Shown: positions 1-10,171, counted from the stretch's first letter. The stretch is 64,000 nucleotides of DNA from Candidatus Bathyarchaeia archaeon (GCA_038883775.1 JAVZLM010000003.1:96001-160000), one strand, 5' to 3'. The notes: generated by a model from the letters alone, not told the origin. Translations and numbers: made by a program.

Positions 1-450
1 TTTAAACGGGCAGAAATTCCAAAAGCCCCAGCTGAAGCGGAGGCTTTACCGCCAAAAGAAGTTCCAACTGAAAAGGCTCTTCCAATGGAATATGAGAGTG
101 TTACGCCCTTAAAGGCTGCGGATGGCGAACTCCTCGCAAACCTTTACACAAGCGGAGACATAGTGCGTGTTGTGCCCGCAGAAGGCAAAAACTTTAACGT
201 GAACACGCCGCCTTTTACGCCTTTTCTTGTGGAACGGGTTTTTGCAAAAATGCAGGAAAAAGACAACGAACTGTCCAGAACTGGGCAACTGGCACCCGAA
301 AAAGTTTTTTCTTATAATATTGTTAGAGAAGGCGACACCATTCGTGAAATAATAATTGAGCATGTGGACCAAGACCGTTTAAGGGAGCTCAAATCAAGCA
401 TTCGCTGGACATTTGAGAAAATGTATGAAAAAATGAGGAGTCAAGGTTAA
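1..450 (+). CDS. Hypothetical protein, 5'-truncated by the window edge
   Basis: Frame 1 is open from base 1 through the ORF-track ATG at 85 to TAA at 450. Confidence 0.7.
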   Translation, partial: FKRAEIPKAPAEAEALPPKEVPTEKALPMEYESVTPLKAADGELLANLYTSGDIVRVVPAEGKNFNVNTPPFTPFLVERVFAKMQEKDNELSRTGQLAPEKVFSYNIVREGDTIREIIIEHVDQDRLRELKSSIRWTFEKMYEKMRSQG

Positions 451-456
451 AGGCGA

Positions 457-1017
457 TTATTTGCGGTCGAAGTAGATGCTTTTTCCTTTAGCTGATATAG
501 GAATTCCCATTATAATTGTTGCTTCCGGCAGAAGCCCAAGCTTCATGGCAGCCGTGCCAACACGATACATTATGCGGTTGTCAACATTCAAAATGCTTGC
601 AATTTTCACGGCTGAACCTAAAGCTATTCCAAGGTCTAAGGCTTTAAAAATGCATGTGGGACCAGTAAAATCTATTCCAAGCCTTCTCTTCGCCTTTTCA
701 AACTCTTTACAACTCTCGTAACCGCAGGCACCACAGTTTAATCCAAAATTTTTGTTTCCCCTAACGCCAATTAGGATTACGGCTTCTGAATCCTTAACAT
801 TTTTGGCATCACGTTTAAAACCATCAATCTTTCTTTCTTCGCCTATTTGCTCCATTCTCTCGGCGATGGCATTTTTTTCGTCGCCATAAACGATTAATGT
901 TAAAGTGTCGTCTATGCCACCAGTTTTTGGAGCGGTCCTTGAGGCTACCAGCATTAGTTTTGCTGCTTCTAAAAGCGCATCTTTTTCTGCATTTTTACTT
1001 TCAAATGTTGGGCTCAT
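457..1017 (-). CDS. DUF2148-type ferredoxin-like Fe-S protein
   Basis: Motifs RTAPK.GG.D, CGACG...C, GPTC...DLGIALGSA and DNRIMY. Confidence 0.8.
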   Translation of the reverse strand: MSPTFESKNAEKDALLEAAKLMLVASRTAPKTGGIDDTLTLIVYGDEKNAIAERMEQIGEERKIDGFKRDAKNVKDSEAVILIGVRGNKNFGLNCGACGYESCKEFEKAKRRLGIDFTGPTCIFKALDLGIALGSAVKIASILNVDNRIMYRVGTAAMKLGLLPEATIIMGIPISAKGKSIYFDRK

Positions 1018-1083
1018 TTTGCACCCTTCTATTTTTATGGATTTGTTTATTTATGTGGAAGTTAGTTAAGAATCTTACAGTTT

Positions 1084-1218
1084 TCACAGTCCAGTAAATG
1101 CTTTTTTCAGCATCTCTAACAGAGTGTTTAGTTGTCCAGTGTAAATGCCGACAGCTAAGAAGGAAACTCCTAAAAGAAGGAGAAGCGCTCCTATAACCCT
1201 TCGCTCTGGAATCTCCAT
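1084..1218 (-). CDS. Small single-TM membrane protein (44 aa; not in the ORF track)
   Basis: Manual translation MEIPERRVIGALLLLLGVSFLAVGIYTGQLNTLLEMLKKAFTGL, starting 7 nt after the thioredoxin stop. Confidence 0.55.
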   Translation of the reverse strand: MEIPERRVIGALLLLLGVSFLAVGIYTGQLNTLLEMLKKAFTGL

Positions 1219-1225
1219 AGGATTC

Positions 1226-1651
1226 CTACCTCAAATGTTTCTTTAAAATGGCTTCTATATGTTTTTTGGGAACAAGCCCAACGATTCTTTCTGCTTCCCT
1301 TCCGTCTTTCATTATTATTAGGGTTGGTATGCTGAAAATTTGGAATTTCTCCGCAGTTATTGGATTTTCGTCCACATTAATTTTTCCAACAAAAATTTTC
1401 CCGCAATATTCCTTTGCCAACTCTTCAATTGTTGGAGCTAAAGCCAAGCATGGACCACACCATGGCGCCCAAAAATCAATCAAAGCCAAATGGTGCTGGT
1501 TTACTATTTTGTTAAAATTTGAATCAGTTACGTGAGCTGGTTCCGCTGACATTTCCTGTCTTTTCTCCCTTAATTCTCTAATTTTCTTTTCTCTAATACG
1601 CTTCAGTTCTTCATCTTCCCCAGATATAAACTGTTCGTGCCTTTCGCTCAT
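1226..1651 (-). CDS. trxA: Thioredoxin
   Basis: DFWAPWCGPC active site, SIPT cis-Pro loop, charged N-terminal helix. Confidence 0.92.
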   Translation of the reverse strand: MSERHEQFISGEDEELKRIREKKIRELREKRQEMSAEPAHVTDSNFNKIVNQHHLALIDFWAPWCGPCLALAPTIEELAKEYCGKIFVGKINVDENPITAEKFQIFSIPTLIIMKDGREAERIVGLVPKKHIEAILKKHLR

Positions 1652-1658
1652 GACCTTT

Positions 1659-2111
1659 TCATCCCTTACGTTTCAAGGAATCCTGTAAAGCTTTAAGCCT
1701 TACATAAGCCTCGTTTGGGTTTGAAATTTTTGTTGCCAATTTTTCGAAAGGGCATATTCCAGCCTTTTTAAAGTCAAGAATGTTTTCAACCAACTCATCC
1801 CATTCATGGTAAACTCCATGTTTTTCAAAAAACGCTTTAGCCTCGCTGCTCATGGTTATGGCATAAACCATTTTGACGCTTTTGTAAACGCATAACAATG
1901 CAATGGCTTTCCCAACAACTCTATCAGCTACAGAAGCCCCTTTAAGCGTGTCTCCAAGCTTTTCCACAGCATCTAAAAAGCCTAAAATTCCATGGGATGA
2001 AGTTTCAAAAATTATTTCTCCATTTTTCGCTATAGTAAGCGTTAAACCCTTTTCCTCTGATAAGCGCTTTTTTGCTATGGTTAAATCTTGCCTTTCCATG
2101 GCAATCGACAA
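1659..2111 (-). CDS. DUF1893 (TM1506-like) protein
   Basis: Motifs VADRVVGKA.A and GICPFE. Confidence 0.8.
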   Translation of the reverse strand: MSIAMERQDLTIAKKRLSEEKGLTLTIAKNGEIIFETSSHGILGFLDAVEKLGDTLKGASVADRVVGKAIALLCVYKSVKMVYAITMSSEAKAFFEKHGVYHEWDELVENILDFKKAGICPFEKLATKISNPNEAYVRLKALQDSLKRKG

Positions 2112-2132
2112 TTATGAATAATCAAGCCATTA

Positions 2133-2552
2133 TTATTCTTTCATAATAAAAAGTTGGTTTTCCGGCATTCGGGCAATTTTCCATGCAAGCTCCTCATTTG
2201 ATGCGCCTTCAGAAAGCTTTCTCATTAGGGCTTCTGTTATTTTTGGGTTAATAGCGATTGTTAATTTTTTGCCAATTTTTACGCACTGGAAATCTGCAGA
2301 GATTTCTTTTGATGAATTTTTGATTTTTAACTTTTGATTTCCAATCGTGCTTTGGGTTGCCACTTGGATTCCATCTAGCACACACGAGAAAGGCGTCAAA
2401 AATGGAACTTTGACGGTTACTTGTAAACTGGTTGTTTTCAAAATCTTTTTGGCGGTTTCTCCCATCTTAACGCCTAAAACAAGAAATGGACCTAAATGGC
2501 CGTGAAGTTTTTCAGCTTCTTTTATTGCCAATTTGAGTTTTTCTTCAAGCAC
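2133..2552 (-). CDS. FmdE-family protein
   Basis: HGHLGPFLVLG and SC..DGIQ.....TIGN motifs. Confidence 0.85.
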   Translation of the reverse strand: MLEEKLKLAIKEAEKLHGHLGPFLVLGVKMGETAKKILKTTSLQVTVKVPFLTPFSCVLDGIQVATQSTIGNQKLKIKNSSKEISADFQCVKIGKKLTIAINPKITEALMRKLSEGASNEELAWKIARMPENQLFIMKE

Positions 2553-3087
2553 TTTTAATCCCTTTCACATTTGCCTTTTCCAAAACGCCAATAATTGGAA
2601 ATGTAACTACTATTCCGATTATTCCGCCTATCAAGTGCCACCCGCCCCAAAAAGTTAAAGCCCACTCTACTGACCTACTCATAAAGACTGTTCCAATGAT
2701 TACTCCAGCAAAATACGCAGAAACGATTGTTACCAGGGCTGCTGTAATTAGATTGTAGGCTTTTAATTGAATTTTGTGTTTATTCACGGACATTAATATG
2801 TCAAAGAGTAGGGCGGATAAAGCAAAACCTATGTTATGCCATGAAGCCGTTATTAGCAAAGCTACTGTGGCGCCTATGATGCCAACAATAGATGCGGTTC
2901 CAAACTTGCCTGTAGCCCATGTGACAAGTAGAAGCGTTAAGAAGACGGAAACATCACAAAATATTGGAAGCCCAAACCATGTGAAACCTAGACGCCCCAA
3001 TGTTAGGTTGAGGATAACCCATAAGGCGCTGAAAACGGCTACTAAAGCGATGTCAACCGGTGTAAGATATGTTTTGTTTTCCATCAT
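2545..3087 (-). CDS. ECF-transporter S-component-like membrane protein
   Basis: About 6 TM helices, N-terminal DIALVAVFSAL pattern, located in the Ni/Co operon. Confidence 0.55.
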   Translation of the reverse strand: MMENKTYLTPVDIALVAVFSALWVILNLTLGRLGFTWFGLPIFCDVSVFLTLLLVTWATGKFGTASIVGIIGATVALLITASWHNIGFALSALLFDILMSVNKHKIQLKAYNLITAALVTIVSAYFAGVIIGTVFMSRSVEWALTFWGGWHLIGGIIGIVVTFPIIGVLEKANVKGIKSA

Positions 3088-3365
3088 TTCTCCCTTTTCG
3101 ATTTGCTTATTGTTATTCCAAGGATAAATGTGGTGCAGAAGACTAGGATGACTCCGAAAATACCAGCGGCAATGGTTGAAATGTAGGGCGTTTCAATTAT
3201 TGGCAATTGGTAGTCTGGCATTAAACCCTTCCATAAAGGCTCGTTTTCCTCTATTCCGAGGGTTTCAGCCACCTTTTCTAACCCGTCTGGAAATTCTGAA
3301 GCAAAAGGAATTAGAATTGCAAGACAAATCAATGTTAGAATTAATGTTTTAAAGTATCCCTTCAC
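3084..3365 (-). CDS. PDGLE-domain Ni/Co transport accessory protein (NikN/CbiN-like)
   Basis: ASEFPDGLEKVAE and MPDY motifs with 2 TMs; GTG at 3365 follows a GGAGG RBS (ORF track starts at 3380). Confidence 0.85.
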   Translation of the reverse strand: MKGYFKTLILTLICLAILIPFASEFPDGLEKVAETLGIEENEPLWKGLMPDYQLPIIETPYISTIAAGIFGVILVFCTTFILGITISKSKREK

Positions 3366-4023
3366 CTTGTCTTCCTCCAAGAATTGTTAATCCGTTAAGC
3401 ACATGAGGTTGCAGTCTTTGAAGTTGAGATATAAGCGTGGTTGTTATGGCTGCTTCGCCTAAACCAATGAGCGCATGCCAAAAAAGCATGGCAGGAACCG
3501 TTACTGCTATTCCTCCAGCTTCAGAGAAAATTGGAGAAAAACCTATCTGTAAACCGCAAGCCAGAGCGCCTAAAACAACGGAAAGCCAAGAGACTACAAA
3601 AACGCTTAGGAAAAGCCTCTTTCCTCTTTCAAGGTCTTTTGTAAGGAATTTTATGAGGAAGAAGCTTAATCCGCCTATAACTGCCATATTGAAGACATTA
3701 GCACCGAAAGTGAATAAGCCCCCGTCTGCAAAGAATATGGCTTGCATTAATAAGACGATGCTCATGCTTAGGATTGCCGCATAAGGTCCTAACAATATTG
3801 AGAGGAACGTGACGCCCACTAAATGCCCGCTTGTTCCATAGGCTATTGGAAAGTTTATCATTTGCGCTGCGAAAACGAAGGCGCTTGAAACCGCCAACAG
3901 AGGGGTTAGGGCGCTTGAATAGGTGGCTTTTGCCTTTCGCCAAGACCAAATTAAAAAGCCTATGGATATGGCGTACATTAGAGCGCATATTGTTGGGCTT
4001 AGGAATCCGTCCGGGATATGCAA
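3349..4023 (-). CDS. cbiM: Ni/Co ECF transporter substrate-binding subunit (CbiM/NikM)
   Basis: N-terminal MHIPDGFL metal-binding motif; GTSGHLVG; ADGG...GAN. Confidence 0.92.
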   Translation of the reverse strand: MHIPDGFLSPTICALMYAISIGFLIWSWRKAKATYSSALTPLLAVSSAFVFAAQMINFPIAYGTSGHLVGVTFLSILLGPYAAILSMSIVLLMQAIFFADGGLFTFGANVFNMAVIGGLSFFLIKFLTKDLERGKRLFLSVFVVSWLSVVLGALACGLQIGFSPIFSEAGGIAVTVPAMLFWHALIGLGEAAITTTLISQLQRLQPHVLNGLTILGGRQGEGIL

Positions 4024-4034
4024 AGCTAAACCTC

Positions 4035-4064
4035 GGTAACACTTTTTAGTATTTTAGTGTTACC
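4035..4064. promoter_or_regulatory. NikR operator
   Basis: Perfect inverted repeat GGTAACACT-N12-AGTGTTACC (GTAACA-N16-TGTTAC) between divergent cbiM and nikR. Confidence 0.8.
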
Positions 4065-4116
4065 ATATCGCATAAAAGCTTTATGGTTAACACTCCTACC
4101 TTAAAATGGGAAGTTT

Positions 4117-4524
4117 ATGACAAAAATAATCCGTGTGGGAGTAACGTTTCCGCCAGACTTGCTTAAGGATTTTGACGAAATAATTAGTAAAATGGGTTAT
4201 GAAAATCGTTCAAAAGCTGTTCAGGATGCTGTTAGGCTTTTTGTTTCTGAGCGAAAGTGGCTTCAGGAAGAGCGGGGCGTTCAAGCTGGAGTGCTTATGA
4301 TGCTTTACGACCATGAAGTTAAGGGTTTAGAAAATACGCTAACAGATATTCAGCATGACTATGCACACATAATTTCCTCAACAATGCATGTTCACCTCAG
4401 CGAAAGAGACTGTTTAGAGGCTATTGCAGTGAAAGGCGAAGCCGCAGAAATTAGAAAGTTAAGCGATGAATTGGCAGCAAAAAGAGGCGTGAAAATCCTC
4501 AAAACAATGCTTGTTTCTCTTTAA
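4117..4524 (+). CDS. nikR: Nickel-responsive regulator NikR
   Basis: N-terminal RHH (RVGVT...NRSKAVQDAVR) plus Ni site QH...HVHL....CLE. Confidence 0.95.
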   Translation: MTKIIRVGVTFPPDLLKDFDEIISKMGYENRSKAVQDAVRLFVSERKWLQEERGVQAGVLMMLYDHEVKGLENTLTDIQHDYAHIISSTMHVHLSERDCLEAIAVKGEAAEIRKLSDELAAKRGVKILKTMLVSL

Positions 4525-4532
4525 GGCTTATC

Positions 4533-5444
4533 TTAATTTGTTAACTCAAACATTTTCTCCAGAGCCTTTCTAGCCTTTTTTGCTATGGCTTCTGGAACCG
4601 TGACCACATGTTTCTCTTCTTTTAAGGCTATGTAAAGCCTCTCCAAAGTGTTCAGTTTCATGTTTGGACAAACCGCTTCCTCATAAGCTAAAATAAACTG
4701 TTTCTCTGGGTTGTCCTTCCTTAAGCGGTGCAAGAGTCCCTCTTCAGTAGCTACAATAAAGGTTTTTGCGTTGTTTTCTTTTGCGTAGCGGCACATCTGT
4801 GATGTGCTTCCAATGTAGTCGGCTATGTTTCGCATTTCAAGGGTGCATTCTGGATGAACCATAACAACAGCCTCTGGATACTTCATCCTAAGCAACTGCA
4901 CATCTTCGGGTTGGAAAAGCAAATGAGTTGGGCAGAAACCCCACTCTGGAATTGGAATTATCGTCTTTCCAGTCTTTCTTTGAACGTAATCTGCCAAGTT
5001 GCGGTCTGGTCCAAAAAGCACCGTTTCAGCATTGACAGCCTCTATAACCTTTACGGCGTTTGCTGAAGTGCAACAAACATCGCAGTAGGCTTTTGCTGAA
5101 GCTAAAGTATTCACATAAAGAACAACGGGCACAAGTGGATAAAGCGCCTTCCACCGTTTAATCTCCTCCACAGTAAGCATTTGCGCCATGGGACAACGGG
5201 CTCCCAAAGAAGGCAACAAAACCTTCTTTTCAGGATTCAAAATGGCAGCGGATTCCGCCATAAAATCAACGGCTGAAAAAACTATTATTTCTGCATCCTT
5301 TTCCTCCATGGCTTTTCTGCTCAACTCTATACTGTCGCCTACGTAATCTGCAATGTCTTGGATTTCTGATCTTTGGTAATTGTGGGCTAAGATTACAGCT
5401 TTCTTTTCCTTTTTCAACTTTAGTATTTTTTCAGCCAATTCCAC
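4533..5444 (-). CDS. nadA: Quinolinate synthase
   Basis: LAHNYQ, FMAE, CPMA, YVNT, CTSAN, HPEC and CPNMK motifs. Confidence 0.95.
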   Translation of the reverse strand: MELAEKILKLKKEKKAVILAHNYQRSEIQDIADYVGDSIELSRKAMEEKDAEIIVFSAVDFMAESAAILNPEKKVLLPSLGARCPMAQMLTVEEIKRWKALYPLVPVVLYVNTLASAKAYCDVCCTSANAVKVIEAVNAETVLFGPDRNLADYVQRKTGKTIIPIPEWGFCPTHLLFQPEDVQLLRMKYPEAVVMVHPECTLEMRNIADYIGSTSQMCRYAKENNAKTFIVATEEGLLHRLRKDNPEKQFILAYEEAVCPNMKLNTLERLYIALKEEKHVVTVPEAIAKKARKALEKMFELTN

Positions 5445-5456
5445 GCCTTTCGCCTT

Positions 5457-5981
5457 TTAAACTATTTGTAAGGATTTTCTAACAGCGTCGATGAATATAT
5501 CCTTTGCTTGTAACTTCCTTTCGTATAGGTCGGCTCCACAGTGGTAACATTTCCTTTTTATGGCACCAGTGGATAATGGTTTTCCACATATTGGGCATTT
5601 GTATTTTTCTTCACTTTTAACAAGCCACTCTTCAATTTCACCCTTTCTAATCCTTTCAAGATTAGCTCTCATATCGACGCCATCCTCTTCCAAGTAAGGC
5701 TTGGCTAGTTTCTCAAATTTTTCGCATGTTTCACTTTCGTATTCGCTGCATTAGTAACAAAATTCTAAGCCTATATCCCTTAAACATTGGACGATTCTGC
5801 AGTTATATCCCCAACATTCTTGGCGTTAAAGCCATGCACCCTTCGCATCGCACTTTTCTGGTGGGCATTTGAAGTGTTGGGCAAGTTTGGCTAAGTATTC
5901 TCTATTATCTTTGTATGCTCTATAGATTGCGCAGGCGCCGCAGTATAATCCGCATCTGCCAACAAGATTAGCATTAACCAA
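5457..5981 (-). pseudogene. Disrupted Cys-rich DUF3795-like protein
   Basis: CGLYCGAC at the N-terminus, then two frameshifts (about 5855 and 5820) and an in-frame TAA (about 5752) before the ORF-track fragment. Confidence 0.7.
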
Positions 5982-6256
5982 AGTTTAAACTTCCTTTCTG
6001 TGAATGCCTAACAGACTTTGGAACTGTCTTAAAAGCTTGGTGCTTGATTTTGTTTAATATGGTCTTTTTTGAATGAGAAGCTGATATGCTATAGGGTCGT
6101 CAACGATTAATTCAAATTCTAAATTACCTTTGTTTTTTTCATTTTTGTGTCAAGATTTTTTCTCATCTGTCATTCACCAATTTTCAGCCTATTATATCGC
6201 AAGTCTTAATAAACATTTCCGTTTAAACGCACAACAAAAATACGCCTAAAACAAAA

Positions 6257-6767
6257 TTAAAGAATCCCCAAACGCACTAGCAGAGGCTCAACTCTCTTTT
6301 CATCATGATATTTGCTAACCATCTTTCTCAAATATTCTACGTCTACCTTCTCATTCTTTGTCATGCAGCGAATGTCTTCTATGTCATGTTTGTCCTGCTT
6401 TTCCGTTCTCTGAAGAATAGCCTTAAAAATTATATTGTCTTCAACTGGTATCAATGGAACCTCCACACCAAAAAGTTTTTCTCCATTTCTTTATCCATAA
6501 AAAACAAGCAACTCTCACTATTCACAACTATTTCCAAATCCGCTACGATACCTACATCCGCAATATTTCCTAAAACAGCCTTAGCCTTCTCAAAATCTAC
6601 ACTTTTAACTAAAATTTCAATGTCCGTAACCTTTCTCTTGCTCCCATAACAATAAGCAGCAGCTCCAGCAAAAACTGCCCAGCAAACACCAGCCTCGTTA
6701 AACCCATCCTTGACCTTACGAAGCCAAAACCAAGATTTGTATTATTCTGCAACACTATTCCTTCCAT
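6257..6767 (-). pseudogene. Frameshifted minimal nucleotidyltransferase-family gene
   Basis: WAVFAGAAAYCYGSKRKVTDIEIL and IPVEDNIIFK...HDIEDI lie in different frames. Confidence 0.65.
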
Positions 6768-6934
6768 TTTATTTCTAATATTATGGCATAAAAAGATGTG
6801 CAGGGAGGTTAGGCTATACTGTTATTAATATGTAAGTTTTCTGTTTGCTTAATGAATGCCATGCATAGCATGTAGAGACACGCAGTTTTTAATTAGGCGC
6901 TTAGGGTAAACTGTGGGTTAAGTTAGGTGACGCT

Positions 6935-8035
6935 ATGGGTTCAGTTAGCGATTTTTCCAAAGGCTTTCTAGTGATGATGGTTATTATTTGGATTTTGAAT
7001 ATAATCACATTTTTTGTTTTGGGAAAGACCTTAGCGGCTACGCTTTTTCTTTTGATTTTAGTAATTCCTGTTTTAATTGTAGCTTATGAAGGTTGGAGGT
7101 GGAGAATAAGAAAGGAAAACGTGAATCGCTTGGATAGACTGAAGCAAGTTCTAATTTCCATGTATGGTGTTTCATTTGCTTGTTGGACATTCGACGTTAT
7201 CAGCACTTACTACGCAATTGACATTTTAGGAGTTGCCGCTGAACAGAATCCTTTAGGCTGGCCTTTTGGAGCTTTAGGCGCTTTAATATTTTATATTCCA
7301 GCAATGGCTTTCACTTATTTGCTTTTGCTCAATGTCAAACAAAAATATGCAGTCTTAGCTGCTGCCATAATAACTGTTTTAGCCTTATACCTTGGGTTCT
7401 TAAATTTTGTTGCTGGCAGCCAAAATTTCGGTTTCTTTACTGATTCAATGCCTTCGGTTTCTGAAGCTTATAGCTATCTATTCTTGACCGTAATTGTCAT
7501 CGACATCATTTGTGTATTAGTCTTTGTGAAATTAACAAAACTAGCGATACCCATGTGGATGAAAACTAGACCAAACCTATCTGTAATTGCTGTTATTTTA
7601 AGCACAATAGCTCTTATCGTTAGTCTTACACAACCCATATACAACCTAATCATTAATAACAGTAAGCAACAAGGCAAGCCATCCTTCGAGTTGGCTGATT
7701 TCTACGTATCCTATACTTATACGCTTATTGAAATTCGAAATAATGGAACAGCAACAGCAAAAAACGTTATTGTAACATTCTATTTCATTAGACCGCCAAA
7801 CTCAAATTCCACCTATCGACCTTTCGAATGGGCAACAACCGAATTTATAGAAGAAATAAGAGAAGGCGAATCAGCCTTCATGAGTGTTCCTGTGGGAAGC
7901 TATCATCTTGAATCAACCTATCAGGACATAAACGCCACAGACTATTCCGCTAAAGTGATTGTCCATTGCGAACAAGCAGAAAATCTTAACACAGTCTTTT
8001 ATTTGGAACATTTCGAAGTATTACCTAATCCCTAA
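6935..8035 (+). CDS. Multi-pass membrane protein (DUF5658-like D..ST..EQNP motif) with an extracellular Ig-like tail
   Basis: Many TM segments; FDVISTYY...EQNPL; C-terminal IRNNGTATAKNV beta motif. Confidence 0.6.
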   Translation: MGSVSDFSKGFLVMMVIIWILNIITFFVLGKTLAATLFLLILVIPVLIVAYEGWRWRIRKENVNRLDRLKQVLISMYGVSFACWTFDVISTYYAIDILGVAAEQNPLGWPFGALGALIFYIPAMAFTYLLLLNVKQKYAVLAAAIITVLALYLGFLNFVAGSQNFGFFTDSMPSVSEAYSYLFLTVIVIDIICVLVFVKLTKLAIPMWMKTRPNLSVIAVILSTIALIVSLTQPIYNLIINNSKQQGKPSFELADFYVSYTYTLIEIRNNGTATAKNVIVTFYFIRPPNSNSTYRPFEWATTEFIEEIREGESAFMSVPVGSYHLESTYQDINATDYSAKVIVHCEQAENLNTVFYLEHFEVLPNP

Positions 8036-8045
8036 AAATAGTGTT

Positions 8046-8240
8046 TTAACCTTTTTTCTTGTACTGCCTATACTCATGTGCTATCATAGATAAAGGAATA
8101 AGCAAACCAATAAGAAATAGCAATGCCATTCCACTTTGCCCACTAAAAGTGAAATAAAGCAGTGCAACAATCCACCAAGCAACCCATGTAATAAGTATGG
8201 CCTTAGCCAAACCCCCTGTAAAACCCAACAATAACACCAT
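8046..8240 (-). CDS. Small membrane protein
   Basis: 64 aa, 2 TMs, basic C-terminus. Confidence 0.55.
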   Translation of the reverse strand: MVLLLGFTGGLAKAILITWVAWWIVALLYFTFSGQSGMALLFLIGLLIPLSMIAHEYRQYKKKG

Positions 8241-8358
8241 GTAGAATAAATTCCTATAGCATGTATTAAAGCTTACGATACAGTGATTCGCTTTAGAGAG
8301 TACATTGTAAAATTGAACAGCAAATCCTTTATGGAATGTTACGTGCGGAAGTCTTATA

Positions 8359-8380
8359 TTCTATAACTATAATTATAGAA
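8359..8380. promoter_or_regulatory. Putative vapBC autoregulatory operator
   Basis: Inverted repeat TTCTATAA-N6-TTATAGAA ending 12 nt upstream of the antitoxin ATG. Confidence 0.55.
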
Positions 8381-8392
8381 ATGATGATAAAC

Positions 8393-8593
8393 ATGCCCAC
8401 CACGGTTCAAGTGGATGAAAAAACGCTTCAGTTACTTAACAAGCTAAAAGAAGAAATGAAAGCAAGAAGCCACGACGAAGTCATTAAGACACTAATTTCC
8501 GAAAGAAAAAGAATTCCCCGCTCAATGTTTGGAACAAATCCCAAATTGAAGCCTTTTTCAAAGAAAGACGAGGCCGAACGTCATGAGCTATAA
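8393..8593 (+). CDS. vapB: VapB-type RHH antitoxin
   Basis: MPTTVQV...SHDEVI, SMFG; overlaps the PIN toxin gene. Confidence 0.8.
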   Translation: MPTTVQVDEKTLQLLNKLKEEMKARSHDEVIKTLISERKRIPRSMFGTNPKLKPFSKKDEAERHEL

Positions 8594-9020
8594 GTATGTT
8601 ATTGATGCTTATGCTTGGATAGAGTATTTTAGAGGTTCCAAATCTGGAGAAATCGTCAAAAGATATATAGAAAGTGAAGATTCAGCCACCCCTACAATAG
8701 TTGTTTCAGAAATTAGCAGAAAACTGCTGAAAGAAATTGAGCTTGGAAATGAAACTCATGAAGGGAGACTAAAACGCCTAGAATTTATAAGAGCAACAAC
8801 TCAAATAATTGCCTTAAATTTTGAAATTGCAGCTGAAGCAGGCACAATAGATCTTGAAATGAAAAAGAAAGTGAAGGGTTGGGGGCTGGCAGACTCCATA
8901 ATTCTGTTCACGGCAAGAGCAGCTAAAGGAAAAGTTGTCACAGGAGATCAGCATTTTAGAGGATTTAAAGAAACAATTTTCATAAAGAACAATAATGCAG
9001 CTTTCAAATTTGAACATTGA
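8583..9020 (+). CDS. vapC: PIN-domain toxin VapC
   Basis: VIDAYAWIE, E, LADS and VTGD.HF acidic PIN residues. Confidence 0.9.
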   Translation: MSYKYVIDAYAWIEYFRGSKSGEIVKRYIESEDSATPTIVVSEISRKLLKEIELGNETHEGRLKRLEFIRATTQIIALNFEIAAEAGTIDLEMKKKVKGWGLADSIILFTARAAKGKVVTGDQHFRGFKETIFIKNNNAAFKFEH

Positions 9021-9034
9021 ACCCATGTGGAATT

Positions 9035-9996
9035 TTAAGCTTTAAGTATGCGATCTTGGCTTTTCAGTTTTCGCCTTAAAAACAGAAGTCCAATTATGGA
9101 TGCTAAGCCAACAAGCGACATACCACGGATTCCGTTTATTTCATGCAAAAACGCCAAGAAAATCAGAAAAGAAAGGGCGCCAGCAACTATTGCCAATTGG
9201 CTAGTAGCGGATTTTGGGTTATCCCAATCAAAACTATTTAACAACCTTAGCATGCCAAAAACTAATACTATTCCCAGAAGCATTAGAAAAATTGGAAAGT
9301 TTATGAAGTTGGGACCAGCCCAAAACAGCAAGAAAAAAATGATGGTGCTTCCCAAACCAGCAATCCACAAAAGTTTAGTCTTGCCAGTCTTCTTTTCTTT
9401 TACCTTATAATTTTTTGATGGAATTTTATAAGCTACGTAAATGAATAGGAACATCGCGAGAATAACCAGCAAATAATGTGTTAATGGCGGAATGTAAGGC
9501 GTTAAAAGGAAATATCCTAAGGCTGTCACAAACGTTAATAAGGCTGTGAGACCAGCGAATGTGCGCTTACCTATCCAAATGTCATTTTTTTCTGGATAAG
9601 CAAGTTCAACAAGCACTATGGGAATTGTTATGCTGAAAACAGCATGATAAATAATTAACATCTCACTCCAAACCCAGTTGACCCCCATCCACCTACCATA
9701 AACCCCCAAAATCCCCAAATCCACCCACTCTGGATCAAAAAAGCTCTTCACCATCAATCCCTCCTCAAGTATCCCATAGGCAGCTCCGAGCAAAAGCAAC
9801 GCCCTAAAATCTTTTTTCCATCGAACTTTAAGTTCACGCATTATAACTGCGCCACTACCATACAACGCGACAAGCAGAAGAAAAACAATTGGATTAAAAA
9901 ACTCCAATGGCGGCGAAGAACCTGAAAGAAGTTCGCTATCGCTGGAGCCAAAACAAAAAGAACAAGCGAAGGCGAAAGCTTAGGCTTCTTAATCAT
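9035..9996 (-). pseudogene. Multi-pass membrane protein with a 5' frameshift (or sequencing error)
   Basis: RBS plus ATG at 9996 (MIKKPKLSPSLVLFVLAPAI) is out of frame with the continuation ELLSGSSPPLEFFNP; apparent 1-nt loss near 9935. Confidence 0.6.
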
Positions 9997-10058
9997 AAAA
10001 CTCCCTTAGGTGAGCCTTTATGGATTTAAAGCTTATGATATGTTGATTCGCACTAAGC

Positions 10059-10171
10059 TGGTGCGGCGGGCCGGATTTGAACCGGCGAACCCCTACGGGA
10101 GAGGATGGCTCATAGGGTTCTGTTTTCCGATCTTGAGTCCTCCGCCTTTGACCTGGCTTGGCTACCGCCGC
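10059..10171 (-). tRNA. tRNA-Leu(CAA) with a 25-nt canonical intron (10107-10131) and encoded CCA
   Basis: GCGGCGG acceptor strand, GAGGA-CTCAAG|intron|A-TCCTC anticodon arm, long variable arm, GGTTCAAATCC; BHB with CTCA/TGAG central helix and AGA/CCA bulges. Confidence 0.95.

Noticed and set aside
10059-10085. tRNA 3' end as an att site for the island or the virion module
   Set aside because: No second copy was found by eye within the window.
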